NCBI GenBank assembly: GCA_028691715.1 | Contig: JAQUYR010000001.1 | Coordinates: 22,307 to 86,306 of the forward strand | DNA length: 64,000 nucleotides | Direction: 5' to 3' | Origin: Bacilli bacterium | Lineage (GTDB): Bacteria > Bacillota_I > Bacilli_A > ML615J-28 > CAG-698 | Part shown: one piece after another, positions 1 to 10,410 of the stretch | Numbering within the stretch: the first letter of the stretch is position 1 | Layout of the letters: each line of letters begins with the position of its first letter | Notes under the pieces: generated by a model | Databases searched by the model: none | The model's input: only the letters and a program-made list of their open reading frames with translations | Told to the model about the DNA's origin: nothing | Translations under genes and position numbers: made by a program

Positions 1-1527
1 CCTTTTGGTAAAATTAGCAACTAAAACCAATTTTTGATCCTCATAATTTCTTTCATAACAAACTATTTTTCTGTCGTTTGAATAGTGCTCAATAAAATCA
101 CCATAAACAATTATTTCATATTTCTTTCTTAAAGCTATTAATTTCTGATAATACTTTAAGATAGAGTTTTTATTTTTCAAATCGTTTTTAACGTTAATTG
201 TTGAATAATTAGAATTAGTTTCTATCCATGGTGTAGCTTCACTGAAACCGCCATTGACATCATCGTTCCATTGCATTGGAGTCCTAGCATTATCTCGGCT
301 AACTCTAGCCAGCCTTTTCAGTGTTTTGTGCTTTGACCACAACAACTTCTTAGTAGCAATTCTATAGATGTTGAGACTCTCAATGTCCCGATATTGGCTT
401 AAATTTGTGAAATTAGCATTGGTCATACCAATTTCTTGTCCTTGATAAATGAACGGTGTCCCCTGTTGAAAGTAAAGATAAGTTGCGAGCATTTTACCGC
501 TTTCCTCACGATATTTTAAACTACCAAACCGAGGAATACTCCTTGGTTGATCGTGGTTCTCAAAATATAAGGTATTCCATCCTTTACCATTAACTCCGTA
601 TTGCCATTTAGTCATAGCTTTCTTTAAGCGAACTGGTTTAAATTTTCTTGCAAACCATTTAACAAAATAGCAATCAGAATTCATATGATCAAATTGAAAC
701 AGCATACTCAACTCTTCCCGCCACTCAGCCGTATAGTCAAGGGAAATTTCAGGTGTTATAAAAACTGATTCTCCAACTGTAAAACAATTGTATTTACCCA
801 AAACATCTAAATATAGTTCATGTAAATATTCGTGAACCTTAGGACCATTAACATAATGCTCTGATCCTCTTATTGCTGGTTTCCACTTTCCTTCTGGTAA
901 TCCTTCAGCTTTAGAAATAATATTAATAACATCACATCTAAAACCATCAACCCCAAGATCTAACCAAAACGTCAATATTTTTTTAACTTCTTCTCTAACT
1001 TTGGGATTGTCCCAATTTAAATCTGGTTGCTTTTTAGAAAATAAATGCAAATAATATTCACCTGTTGCCTCATCTAATTCCCAGGCTGAGCCACCAAAAA
1101 AACTACCCCATTTATTTGGTTTTTTATCATCTTTTCCCTCACGCCAAATATAATAATCTCGATAAGGATTCTCTTTGCTTTTTCTTGATTCAATAAACCA
1201 TGGATGCTCGTCCGAAGTATGATTTACTACTAAATCCATAATTAGAGCAATTCCTCGATTGTGCAAGCCCTCTAAAAGCTCCTTAAAATCATCCATTGTT
1301 CCATATTCATCCAATATCTTATAATAATCAGAGATATCATAACCATTGTCATCAAGCGGAGACTCATAGATTGGACTTAACCAGACTATACTAATACCTA
1401 AATCTTTAAGGTAGTCGAGTTTTTCAATAATTCCCCTTAAATCTCCGATACCATCATTATTGGAATCCTTGAAGCTTCGTGGATAAATCTGATATACAAT
1501 CCCCTCTTTATACCATGTTTTTTTCAT
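1..1527 (-). CDS. GH13 alpha-glucosidase (oligo-1,6-glucosidase-like), partial: C-terminus lies before window start
   Basis: Reverse translation from ATG at 1525-1527 gives MKKTWYKEGIVYQIYPRSF...DGFRCDVINII...FENHDQPR (GH13 conserved regions I-IV). RBS AGGAAA upstream. Start abuts GH3 stop (1529-1531). Confidence 0.8.
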   Translation of the reverse strand, partial: MKKTWYKEGIVYQIYPRSFKDSNNDGIGDLRGIIEKLDYLKDLGISIVWLSPIYESPLDDNGYDISDYYKILDEYGTMDDFKELLEGLHNRGIALIMDLVVNHTSDEHPWFIESRKSKENPYRDYYIWREGKDDKKPNKWGSFFGGSAWELDEATGEYYLHLFSKKQPDLNWDNPKVREEVKKILTFWLDLGVDGFRCDVINIISKAEGLPEGKWKPAIRGSEHYVNGPKVHEYLHELYLDVLGKYNCFTVGESVFITPEISLDYTAEWREELSMLFQFDHMNSDCYFVKWFARKFKPVRLKKAMTKWQYGVNGKGWNTLYFENHDQPRSIPRFGSLKYREESGKMLATYLYFQQGTPFIYQGQEIGMTNANFTNLSQYRDIESLNIYRIATKKLLWSKHKTLKRLARVSRDNARTPMQWNDDVNGGFSEATPWIETNSNYSTINVKNDLKNKNSILKYYQKLIALRKKYEIIVYGDFIEHYSNDRKIVCYERNYEDQKLVLVANFTKR

Positions 1528-1528
1528 A

Positions 1529-3880
1529 CTATTTTTCCTTCTTCATTATCTTAATCAATCCTCTGATCACTCTGCCATTAGCAAAATCTACCATTCCCTC
1601 AGCATTAACAAGACTGATCCCCGCATCCCCAATTGCTACGATTCCTCTAAGTGGCATCTGGGTTGCTCCAGTAATATAATATTCTTTTTCGCTCTTGCTA
1701 GCATTCTTTGGAAGCATGGCTAGAGCCATTCTAATAATCTGTTTATATAGAACTCTTCCCCAAAAACTCGTCTTAAAATCCTCAGCCATAGAATTTAGAC
1801 TATAAGGTTTTTTTCTAATTGTTGATTTTGGTGGCAATGTTGTCTTCATTATTGAAGCGAAATCGGATTCTGTTACCTTCCATTCGCCAAGGTTATATGC
1901 TGTTTTTTGATGTTCAACAAAACCCTTATCGTTTTCTTTTCTTTCAACATCGCTTGATAAAATAACCTCATCAGCGTTTTTACATATCTGGATTTTATAT
2001 ATTCCCTTATCAACATGCCATTTTTTTAATAAAACATCATAATACGAGAAATCATTATAATCTAGGACAAAGGACACCTTTTTTTCTTCATTTGGTTCTA
2101 GATCAATCTTGACAAAATCTTTTAATTCACGCTTTGCTTTATATACAGAAGAATAATTATTTTCAATATATAATTGTACGACTTCCTTAGCCCTCATATT
2201 CCCTGTATTTTTTACTTTACAAAAAACAGTTATCTTTTCATCCTTTTCAATTGTTTTCTTGGAAACAATTAGGTCACTATATTCAAAACTGCTATAGCTT
2301 AAGCCATAACCAAAAGGATAATGAACTTTTTTATTAAAAGTAGTGAAATAGCGGTAACCAACAAAAATACTCTCCTCATAATATACAGCATTATTCCCAT
2401 CAGCAAAATTTTTTGATGTTATATAATCCTCTAGTTTATAGGCATATGTTTCACAAAGCCTTCCGCTTGGAGAAACTCTACCATATAAGATATCCAGAAC
2501 AGGAGTTCCACTAACCTGTCCTAAAAGATAACAATTTAGGATAGCTTTTACCTTTTTACTAAATGCAATTTCGATTGCTGATCCTAAAGACAGGGTAACA
2601 ATAATATTGGGATTAATCCTGCTGACCTCTTCAATAAGTTTGATTTGTCCATAAGGTAATTGAATATTATCGCGATCAATTCCTTCTGTTTCATTGACAA
2701 CCCCAACAACTATTACAACCTTGTCAAAGTTTTCGATTTCGGATTTAACTTCTTCTTGCAATAATTCATCATAGCAATCATCAGTTAAAGAATATCCTGG
2801 AAAATATTTATAATTCTTTGTGTAGTTATCGATTTCGGTTAAAATTGACTCCATTTTATAGGGATTAATATTAGAACTTCCTCCGCCCTGTGAACGAGGA
2901 TTCTTAGCAAATTCTCCAATTATTGCAACCTTGTCGCTTTCTTTTATTGGTAAAATCTTATCATTTTTAAGAAGTACTATTCCCTCTCTGGCAATATTTT
3001 TTGCAAGTTCATTGTGGGCTTCCATATCAGCTCTTTCAGAAGAAACATTTTTGAATTTGTTAACAGTTTCAATTACCTTTAAAGCTGCTTTGTCTATTTC
3101 TGCTTCGGATATCCTACCCTTTTTATATCCCTGATAAATTATTTTCCCGTTATAACCATTACTGTTAGGCATTTCAAGGTCAAGGCCATTCTTTATGCTT
3201 AAAACAGGATCATTAACAGCTCCCCAGTCAGACATGACCAATCCAGAATAATGCCATTCATCACGCAAAATATCCTGTAATAAATATTTATTCTGACAAG
3301 CATTGGTTCCATTCACTAAATTATAGCTAGCCATAACTGAAGAGACATTAACATCAACTGCTTGTTTGAATGCTTTTAAATATATCTCACGCAATGCTCT
3401 GTCATCAACAACCGAATCAATATTAAAACGATATTTTTCTTGTGAGTTGACAGCAAAATGCTTAATACAAGCACCAACATTTTCTTTTTGCATTCCCGTT
3501 ATAAAACTACTAGCCATTTTCCCCGCTAATATAGGGTCTTCTGAATAGTATTCAAAGTTTCGACCACAACGAGGATTCCTTTTTATATTAACTCCTGGTC
3601 CTAAAACTATCTGAACATCTTTTTCCTTAGCTTCTAACGCCAGAGCTTCACCCATTTTATATGCTAAATCTTTGTTAAAGGTGCAAGCCACTGTAGCTGC
3701 TGGAGGAAACAATGTTGCTGGATAAGAATCTTTAGTGTCATTGATTTCCTTACGAATGCCATGGGGGCCGTCAGCCATAAAAATGGATGGCAATCCAACC
3801 CGAGAAATATCTCTGGTCAACCATGGTGTTTTTCCGTTTAACAAACTAATTTTTTCTAAAATGGTCAGTTCTTTTAGCAT
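1529..3880 (-). CDS. GH3 family beta-glucosidase (BglX-like)
   Basis: 783-aa ORF; GH3 N-terminal (SDWGA...) and C-terminal domain signatures. Overlaps upstream GH2 stop by 7 nt (coupled). Confidence 0.85.
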   Translation of the reverse strand: MLKELTILEKISLLNGKTPWLTRDISRVGLPSIFMADGPHGIRKEINDTKDSYPATLFPPAATVACTFNKDLAYKMGEALALEAKEKDVQIVLGPGVNIKRNPRCGRNFEYYSEDPILAGKMASSFITGMQKENVGACIKHFAVNSQEKYRFNIDSVVDDRALREIYLKAFKQAVDVNVSSVMASYNLVNGTNACQNKYLLQDILRDEWHYSGLVMSDWGAVNDPVLSIKNGLDLEMPNSNGYNGKIIYQGYKKGRISEAEIDKAALKVIETVNKFKNVSSERADMEAHNELAKNIAREGIVLLKNDKILPIKESDKVAIIGEFAKNPRSQGGGSSNINPYKMESILTEIDNYTKNYKYFPGYSLTDDCYDELLQEEVKSEIENFDKVVIVVGVVNETEGIDRDNIQLPYGQIKLIEEVSRINPNIIVTLSLGSAIEIAFSKKVKAILNCYLLGQVSGTPVLDILYGRVSPSGRLCETYAYKLEDYITSKNFADGNNAVYYEESIFVGYRYFTTFNKKVHYPFGYGLSYSSFEYSDLIVSKKTIEKDEKITVFCKVKNTGNMRAKEVVQLYIENNYSSVYKAKRELKDFVKIDLEPNEEKKVSFVLDYNDFSYYDVLLKKWHVDKGIYKIQICKNADEVILSSDVERKENDKGFVEHQKTAYNLGEWKVTESDFASIMKTTLPPKSTIRKKPYSLNSMAEDFKTSFWGRVLYKQIIRMALAMLPKNASKSEKEYYITGATQMPLRGIVAIGDAGISLVNAEGMVDFANGRVIRGLIKIMKKEK

Positions 3881-6252
3881 TTTTGGATCCTTTCAACAAT
3901 TTTTAATTCCTCAGTTAAAACAATTCCATTTACTTCTATTTCTACTTTACCTGTATTACTCGTCTGATTAGTCTTAACCCAAAAACCAACAGCACCTCCT
4001 TGAAGTGGAAGGTTGCTTGGTCCTATCAAATCAATACCACCACTAACTTTTATATTACAACTAGCTATTCCATAAGGAACAACTATCTTATTTTGATCAA
4101 CCATTTTAACCACAAATCTTGTAACATCGTATGTGTTGTCAACTATCATCTCTTTTTTATCGATTTCTAGGACAAAGCTAGTTTTTCTGGTTTCGCTTAA
4201 TGTTTTAGTGATAACAACATTTTCATTAGCATAGCCATCAAAGCGGTAGTATTGATTTACTCCTGCTTTACCCATTGCATATTCATAAAAAATATCGACA
4301 ATTTTTACTCTTTTTAATTTATACTTAAACATTAAAAAGAGCATTCTCAGTAGATTTCTTAAAGATATTCTTCCTTGAGCAGCACTGACACTCTTAAATG
4401 CCTTTTTAGCCATTATGGATGATTTTCTTGTAAAGCCATACTTTTTTTCTAACTGAACACCGATAAAATCATCAACAATTATAACAGGATGTAAAAGATG
4501 TTTGTATTCCTTTTGATTAGGATAATAAGTACCAACATAATCATCATTCTTAAACATCTTGATATATTCACAATTAGTGGCAACATAAATCTTATCTAGT
4601 CGGCTTTCAGGATAATCTCCTCTAGCAAAAGTTGATAATACTTCCAAAACAAAAGGCTTTTCTCTTTGTGATGCAAAGGAGTAAGCAGCATATTTTGGTA
4701 TTCGATACATATCAACAACTCCATGATAACAAACATTATCGCCACTTCCAAAATCCTTATGAGTATTATAATCAGCAAAACACCAGCCGATTTCACCAAC
4801 AATATTGTCATCTTTCATCGATGCATTGATAACCCTTAAGTGCCTTAATGCCTGTTCTATTCTTATAGGATCATTATCGTATCGCTTTGTTGGAAACATG
4901 TGACCATTATTTTCGGTTACTAGATGAGGTGTCTTAGTCGGCTTTGCTAGCACCTTTTTACCACCATTATGTGAGAAATCATTAAATGTGTAGACATCCT
5001 CTAAAAACTTTGAGCCAAGGAAATTTCTGATTCCTCCTGTTGGTCTAGTATCGTCTAATTTATGAGCTAGTTCATTAGTTTTTTTATAAAATTCATCATC
5101 ATCAAAGGATTCATTTATTCTAACACCCCATAAAACTATTGACGGATGATTTTTATCTCTAGTTATCATTTTTTCAACATTGAGAATACTATTATTCTTG
5201 AACTCTTCATTTCCAATATGTTGCCAGCCAGGGATTTCTTCTAAAACCAGTAATCCTATTTCATCACAACGATTTAAAAAATGCTTTGATTGCATGTAAT
5301 GCGATGTTCTGACAATATTAACCCCTAAATCATACTTTAAAATATCAGCATCTTTTTCTTGGGCACTCTTTGGCATAGCATATCCAACATATGGATAACT
5401 CTGATGGCGATTAAGACCTCTGAGTTTAATTTTTTCTTCATTTAAATAGAAACCATTTTTTTCAAATTTTATTTCACGAAAGCCAAAACGATCTTTCATC
5501 TCATCCAATAAGACATTATCATCATACATCCTAACAATAATATCATACAAATAAGGATTGTCTAAATCCCAGATTTTTCTATCCTTCACGTCAAAATCAA
5601 CAGTTGTCTTTTCTCTATTGATATTGAAACGATTTAAAGAAACCTGCTTACCCTTATCCTGAACTTCCACTTCTATAATAACTGGTGTTTTATTAACTGT
5701 TATGTCACAAAAAGCAGTAATACTATTGTTAACATCCTTTGTCTTCACAAAAACATCAAGAATTCTATCTTTATCAGCAACTTCAAGATAAACCTCGCGA
5801 TAAATCCCTCCATAGCCCAGATAATCGACAATTCCTCCAAATGGAGGGACATTTGAATTCTCTCTGGAATCAACAATAACAGTTAGAATATTTTTTTCTC
5901 CATATTTAATGTATTCTGAAATATCCACTTTAAATTGATCATAGCCACCCTTATGAGTCGCTACAAAGTCATCGTTGATGTAAATTGTAGCTATATGAGC
6001 AACTCCTTCAAAAATAATAGTGATACTTTTATCCTTATATTCCTCTTTTATTTCAATATCGCGCTTATATGTAACCACTTTTTGAACATCTTTTTCATCA
6101 AAGTAGTTAAATGGTATTTCAAAACTGCTGTGAGGTATATTAACTTTCTCAAAACCAGTTATATTTGCATAGTCCTTTAAATGTTCATCTTGAAAACAAT
6201 CGGAAAAAAGCCAGTTAAAATTTAAATTTATATTTTCACGCATTAATATCAC
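3874..6252 (-). CDS. GH2 family glycoside hydrolase (beta-galactosidase/beta-mannosidase-like)
   Basis: 792-aa ORF; sugar-binding N-terminus and TIM-barrel region with NIVRTSHY and WGVRINES-type GH2 motifs. Confidence 0.75.
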   Translation of the reverse strand: MILMRENINLNFNWLFSDCFQDEHLKDYANITGFEKVNIPHSSFEIPFNYFDEKDVQKVVTYKRDIEIKEEYKDKSITIIFEGVAHIATIYINDDFVATHKGGYDQFKVDISEYIKYGEKNILTVIVDSRENSNVPPFGGIVDYLGYGGIYREVYLEVADKDRILDVFVKTKDVNNSITAFCDITVNKTPVIIEVEVQDKGKQVSLNRFNINREKTTVDFDVKDRKIWDLDNPYLYDIIVRMYDDNVLLDEMKDRFGFREIKFEKNGFYLNEEKIKLRGLNRHQSYPYVGYAMPKSAQEKDADILKYDLGVNIVRTSHYMQSKHFLNRCDEIGLLVLEEIPGWQHIGNEEFKNNSILNVEKMITRDKNHPSIVLWGVRINESFDDDEFYKKTNELAHKLDDTRPTGGIRNFLGSKFLEDVYTFNDFSHNGGKKVLAKPTKTPHLVTENNGHMFPTKRYDNDPIRIEQALRHLRVINASMKDDNIVGEIGWCFADYNTHKDFGSGDNVCYHGVVDMYRIPKYAAYSFASQREKPFVLEVLSTFARGDYPESRLDKIYVATNCEYIKMFKNDDYVGTYYPNQKEYKHLLHPVIIVDDFIGVQLEKKYGFTRKSSIMAKKAFKSVSAAQGRISLRNLLRMLFLMFKYKLKRVKIVDIFYEYAMGKAGVNQYYRFDGYANENVVITKTLSETRKTSFVLEIDKKEMIVDNTYDVTRFVVKMVDQNKIVVPYGIASCNIKVSGGIDLIGPSNLPLQGGAVGFWVKTNQTSNTGKVEIEVNGIVLTEELKIVERIQKC

Positions 6253-6317
6253 CTCTATCTTTTATTATAACATTAATCATATTTATATAAAAGCGTTTTT
6301 TTCTTAAAAATATGGCT

Positions 6318-6349
6318 TAAAAAAAGAAAAAGCACTAATTATTTAGTGC
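6318..6349 (-). terminator. Rho-independent terminator of the PI-PLC-like gene
   Basis: Minus-strand hairpin GCACUAA-AUAA-UUAGUGC (6332-6349, overlaps stop codon) followed by UUUUUCUUUUUUU. Confidence 0.5.
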
Positions 6350-7437
6350 AAATTTTCTTGATTATAAACGATGATATATTCATTTATTCTTTTATTGAAA
6401 TCCTTCTTTTGGGAAGTGGCATTGTCGACCATTAAAATCGGCATCGCTTTAAACCAATCATCAAGGTTATTTTGTTCTAAAATTAATGGATTAAAATTAG
6501 CCGCCATATCCAATAGGGACCACCCCACTAAAGTTGTAGCCACTTTATTTAAAGAATATAATCCTGTCTTCTGTGCTTGATTTACTCTAAATTTATCCTT
6601 ATCTAGATTGTTACTATTGATCAGTACTACTTCAGCATTTATTTTAGTCAACATGATTTCAGTTGAATTATCTTCGTGCCATGTTGAACGAATAGAATCC
6701 TGATAAACATAGTTGTATTCTCCAGCCTGTTCTGTTTTCATCAGAATTACAACTCCTGCTCTTGTACCATTTGTTGTAACATCATTATATTTTAGTTCTC
6801 CTAAAGAAATCTCCTGAGGATTATAGTTTATAAAAGATGTAAGTGTAATTCCTGGTAAGTTAAAGATTGGCTTAACTTCATGAAGTTCTAAATATTTTAA
6901 AAGATTATCATAAGTATTTTCTCCAAGATAGACATGTTGAAAATCAAGAATGGCTATTTCTCCAGTATTTTCATATAAAAAGCGAATTAATTCATCTAAG
7001 CTATCAGAAAACAATCCTGAGATTACTCCATGTTTTGTATACCAATTTCCATCAATAAAGGAAAGGCGGATATCAAAATAACGAACTCCTTGAACCAACA
7101 TGGTTGATGCTTCAACTTCCTGAGCTTTAGCTAACCTTGAGAAAAGGCCATTTGCTAGCAATCCTGCTACCCTGTTTCTTAAGATTGAACCCGCATCTTC
7201 AGCAATATCAACCTCAGATTTCTCGTCAATACCTGAGGTAAAGGCATCATGAGCACCAAGCATTGCAATATCAACAACTCTGGGGTTACTCGTTCCAACC
7301 CCCATTTTTATTACATCATTATATTCATTCCCGTCATATTTCCAACTAGTAAAATCAAAACTGGATTTACCAATCATGAGTAAAACAACAATCAAAAATA
7401 AAATGACTATTAAAATATTTTTTAGGATTTTTCTCAT
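6343..7437 (-). CDS. Membrane-anchored PI-PLC X-domain-like phosphodiesterase
   Basis: 364 aa; N-terminal hydrophobic signal-anchor (ILIVILFLIVVLLMIG). AMLGAHDAFTSG and YFDIRL...WYTKHG resemble the two catalytic-His regions of bacterial PI-PLC. Confidence 0.45.
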   Translation of the reverse strand: MRKILKNILIVILFLIVVLLMIGKSSFDFTSWKYDGNEYNDVIKMGVGTSNPRVVDIAMLGAHDAFTSGIDEKSEVDIAEDAGSILRNRVAGLLANGLFSRLAKAQEVEASTMLVQGVRYFDIRLSFIDGNWYTKHGVISGLFSDSLDELIRFLYENTGEIAILDFQHVYLGENTYDNLLKYLELHEVKPIFNLPGITLTSFINYNPQEISLGELKYNDVTTNGTRAGVVILMKTEQAGEYNYVYQDSIRSTWHEDNSTEIMLTKINAEVVLINSNNLDKDKFRVNQAQKTGLYSLNKVATTLVGWSLLDMAANFNPLILEQNNLDDWFKAMPILMVDNATSQKKDFNKRINEYIIVYNQENLH

Positions 7438-7448
7438 GTTTTCCTCCT

Positions 7449-8180
7449 TTAATCGTTGCTATTTTTAAAATCAATTTTCGCTTTTCTTGCTTGAATCGCC
7501 TGATCTTTTACTTTAATTCTATAAACTTTTCCATCCTTTAAAAATTTTGAACCTGTTTGTTTATAGAAAAACTCAATATTTCTTTTAACACATTCATTTC
7601 TTATTCTTAAAACCCAATCGTAATCACAAATCCTAGCTTCAATACCTGATTCTCCGGAAGCGACAACACTATATATTTGCCCATTTAAATACTTTGATAA
7701 ATCTATTTCACCTAATAAAGGAGCACATATGATTTGCTTGGTTTTGATTGGAAGTGCTAAGAGTAGCGGAATCCTTTCATCAGCACGTGTTTGATTCTCA
7801 CAAGAACAGCCAATAGTAACATTATTCCAGCCATCACCCCAGTCATCTGGTAAAGACACATTAAATCTTTCAATTCTCTTTGTGAGAAAGATAAAACTAC
7901 AGTCATGTCTCTCTCTTATTATATCCCATGCTTCCTTTCGCCATTCGTCAGCTTCTTCTAGAAAGAAGTCCGAAGTAAAACAAGTCCAAATAATTGATCC
8001 ACTGGGAATTTTGTATTCACCTCTTCGATTTTTTCTAATTGGCATATCAAAGTCTTTGACCTTATAAATAATGCTTGCATCTCCTCCATATCTGGCATCA
8101 TGGCGGTATACATAACAATTTAGACAGCCTTCACTCTTTTTTTTACATCCATGCCATGGATTCCAACTAAATATTGCCAT
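7449..8180 (-). CDS. Phage Gp37/Gp68 family protein (DUF5131)
   Basis: 243 aa; N-terminus MAIFSWNPWHGCKKKSEGCLNCYV matches the characteristic WNPxxGC...GCxxCY three-Cys (Cx6Cx2C) start of PF07505 proteins. Confidence 0.65.
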   Translation of the reverse strand: MAIFSWNPWHGCKKKSEGCLNCYVYRHDARYGGDASIIYKVKDFDMPIRKNRRGEYKIPSGSIIWTCFTSDFFLEEADEWRKEAWDIIRERHDCSFIFLTKRIERFNVSLPDDWGDGWNNVTIGCSCENQTRADERIPLLLALPIKTKQIICAPLLGEIDLSKYLNGQIYSVVASGESGIEARICDYDWVLRIRNECVKRNIEFFYKQTGSKFLKDGKVYRIKVKDQAIQARKAKIDFKNSND

Positions 8181-8235
8181 ATAATTATTTCCTTAATATG
8201 TTTTATTATATCACTGCTCTTCTATTTTTTCTACA

Positions 8236-8266
8236 ACAAAAGGCATATTTTATAATATGCCTTTAA
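8236..8266 (-). terminator. Hairpin terminator downstream of the M48 peptidase gene
   Basis: 10-bp perfect stem AAAGGCATAT/ATATGCCTTT (8238-8264) with T-rich flanks on both strands. Confidence 0.45.
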
Positions 8267-8269
8267 TTT

Positions 8270-9490
8270 TTATTTCTTCTCTTCTATGTTAGCAATTCTT
8301 TGACTTAGTGGCGGATGAGAATATTCAAGGGCCACAATTACTGGATGAGGGTTAAGATTTGAATAATTTGCTCTTGATATCTTCTTTAATCCTGAAATCA
8401 AATATTCGCCATAACCTTCTTTTTTAGCAAATTCATCGGCTTTATTTTCAAATTTTCGGCTTATTCTCTTAGTAATCAAAGACATTAAACTTGATATATA
8501 AGGTAGTGCCACTGAGAAAACTAGAATAAACATGAATCCATAATTCCTACCGCGGAAGCCAAAATCTCTAACAATTCCAAAATTTGAAACTAAATACCAT
8601 GATAAAACAACTATCAAGAAAACCTGAAAAAGTCCCATTGCATAACTTTTTATAATATGCTTATACTTTCCATGGCCCAGTTCATGGGCAAATACAGCAA
8701 CAATCTCATCCTCTGTTAAAACATCCATAATTGTATCATATAGAACTATATCCTTGGTTTTTCCCAAACCACTGAAATAAGCATTTGCCTTAGTACTCCT
8801 TCTAGAACCATCCATTACCTTTATTTCTTTAACTTTATAACCATTTTTATTCAATAAATTCTCTAACTTTGTTCGTAAACTTCCCTCCACTAATGGAGTA
8901 AATTTATTAAAAATCTTCGCAAATACTGGTGTTAAGAAATAAACCAAAAGGATTAATAAGAAGATTATTCCTGTGAAAGCTAATAAAACCCAGTTTTTAA
9001 AGATTATATAAGAAGCAACAAATAGACAAACTAAACCAAATGATATTATGAAACCTAAAATAAATTCTTTTATTCTATCTGTGAAGAACGTCTTTTTGGT
9101 GGTCTTATTGAAGCCATATTTAGTTTCTATTTTCATCGTATCAGTATAGCCAAAAATAGTATCAACTATGCCAGTTACAAGCTCATAGAAAGCTAGAATA
9201 GCAATTGCCTGAAGAATATCATTTTCACCAACATATCGAGAAATAAGAGCGAAAACATCAAAGACAATCAATATCATGAAAACAGCATATTGAGCGATAA
9301 TTCCATAAAGCTGATTGTTTATTTTTTCAGCGGAATAATTCTGCCATTTTTCATAGGCTTCGCTATCATATACATCCCTAACATTTTCAGGAACTGATCT
9401 CTTTGTTGAGCTTTTCATCAAAAATTTAATAATAACATTATAAATAAAAAGTATTGTTACTAAAACTAAAGTAATTGTTTTATAATTCAT
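8270..9490 (-). CDS. M48 family zinc metallopeptidase (Ste24/HtpX-like)
   Basis: 406 aa; multiple TM helices followed by HELGHGKYKH (HExxH). Confidence 0.75.
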   Translation of the reverse strand: MNYKTITLVLVTILFIYNVIIKFLMKSSTKRSVPENVRDVYDSEAYEKWQNYSAEKINNQLYGIIAQYAVFMILIVFDVFALISRYVGENDILQAIAILAFYELVTGIVDTIFGYTDTMKIETKYGFNKTTKKTFFTDRIKEFILGFIISFGLVCLFVASYIIFKNWVLLAFTGIIFLLILLVYFLTPVFAKIFNKFTPLVEGSLRTKLENLLNKNGYKVKEIKVMDGSRRSTKANAYFSGLGKTKDIVLYDTIMDVLTEDEIVAVFAHELGHGKYKHIIKSYAMGLFQVFLIVVLSWYLVSNFGIVRDFGFRGRNYGFMFILVFSVALPYISSLMSLITKRISRKFENKADEFAKKEGYGEYLISGLKKISRANYSNLNPHPVIVALEYSHPPLSQRIANIEEKK

Positions 9491-9537
9491 TTTTCCTCTC
9501 CTTTTTAGTTATTATATCATTTCTTCCTCTCTTAAGT

Positions 9538-9569
9538 AAATAAAAAAATTCAAGCTTTCGCCTGAATTT
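9538..9569 (-). terminator. Rho-independent terminator of rsmI
   Basis: Minus strand AAUUCAGGC-GAAA-GCUUGAAUU (GNRA loop) followed by UUUUUUUAUUU, 2 nt after the rsmI stop. Confidence 0.6.
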
Positions 9570-9570
9570 C

Positions 9571-10410
9571 CTATTTTACCTCTTTATAAACTTCACTTTT
9601 AGATATTTTTCGATCTTTAGCAACCAATTTCATCGCTTCTTTTTCTAATAATCCCTGTTTTAAATAATGGTTAAAATGCTCTTTGATCGATTTTTGATTA
9701 AGATCAATCTGTAAGTATGTCTCGCTGGTTCCCTTTATAATTACAACTATTTCTCCCTTTAAGGTGAGATCCAAAGAGGCAATCTCCTCTAGAGTACCCC
9801 TTGTATACTCTTCATACTTTTTAGTGAGTTCTCTGGCTATAACTACTTCGCGATTTCCTAAAATTTGATACATTAGATCAATGGTTTCTTTGATTCTCAT
9901 AGGAGATTCATAGAAAATAATGGTTTCTTTATTATCCCTTAAAAGCAATAATTCTTTTTCCTTTTGGCTTTTTTTATGATCTAAAAAGCCATAAAAGAAA
10001 AACTTATCACAGGGAAGTCCAGAAGCGATTAGAGCAGTTAAACTAGCACTAGCACCAGGAAGACTGACAACATCAAAACCAGAATCTAGCACTCTTTTCA
10101 CGAGTAAATACCCAGGATCACTAATACATGGAAGACCAGCATCGCTTACTAAAGCAATTTTTTTACCATCTCTTAAAACATCGATTATCTCATTGGATTT
10201 ATCTTCTTCATTAAAGATATGATAACTAGAAAGTGGTGTTTTAATATTAAAGTGACTAAGTAAAATCTTAGTCACTCGCGTATCTTCACAAAATATCATA
10301 TCCACCCTATTTAAAATATCAACACTCCTAAAGGTCATATCTTCAAAATTGCCAATAGGCGTTGGAACTAGATAAAGTGTTGGATTATTGGAAGCTTTCT
10401 GGATTCTCAT
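9571..10410 (-). CDS. rsmI: 16S rRNA (cytidine1402-2'-O)-methyltransferase
   Basis: 279 aa; tetrapyrrole-methylase fold start LYLVPTPIGNFEDMTFRSVDIL. Conserved position after yabB-like gene. Confidence 0.9.
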   Translation of the reverse strand: MRIQKASNNPTLYLVPTPIGNFEDMTFRSVDILNRVDMIFCEDTRVTKILLSHFNIKTPLSSYHIFNEEDKSNEIIDVLRDGKKIALVSDAGLPCISDPGYLLVKRVLDSGFDVVSLPGASASLTALIASGLPCDKFFFYGFLDHKKSQKEKELLLLRDNKETIIFYESPMRIKETIDLMYQILGNREVVIARELTKKYEEYTRGTLEEIASLDLTLKGEIVVIIKGTSETYLQIDLNQKSIKEHFNHYLKQGLLEKEAMKLVAKDRKISKSEVYKEVK

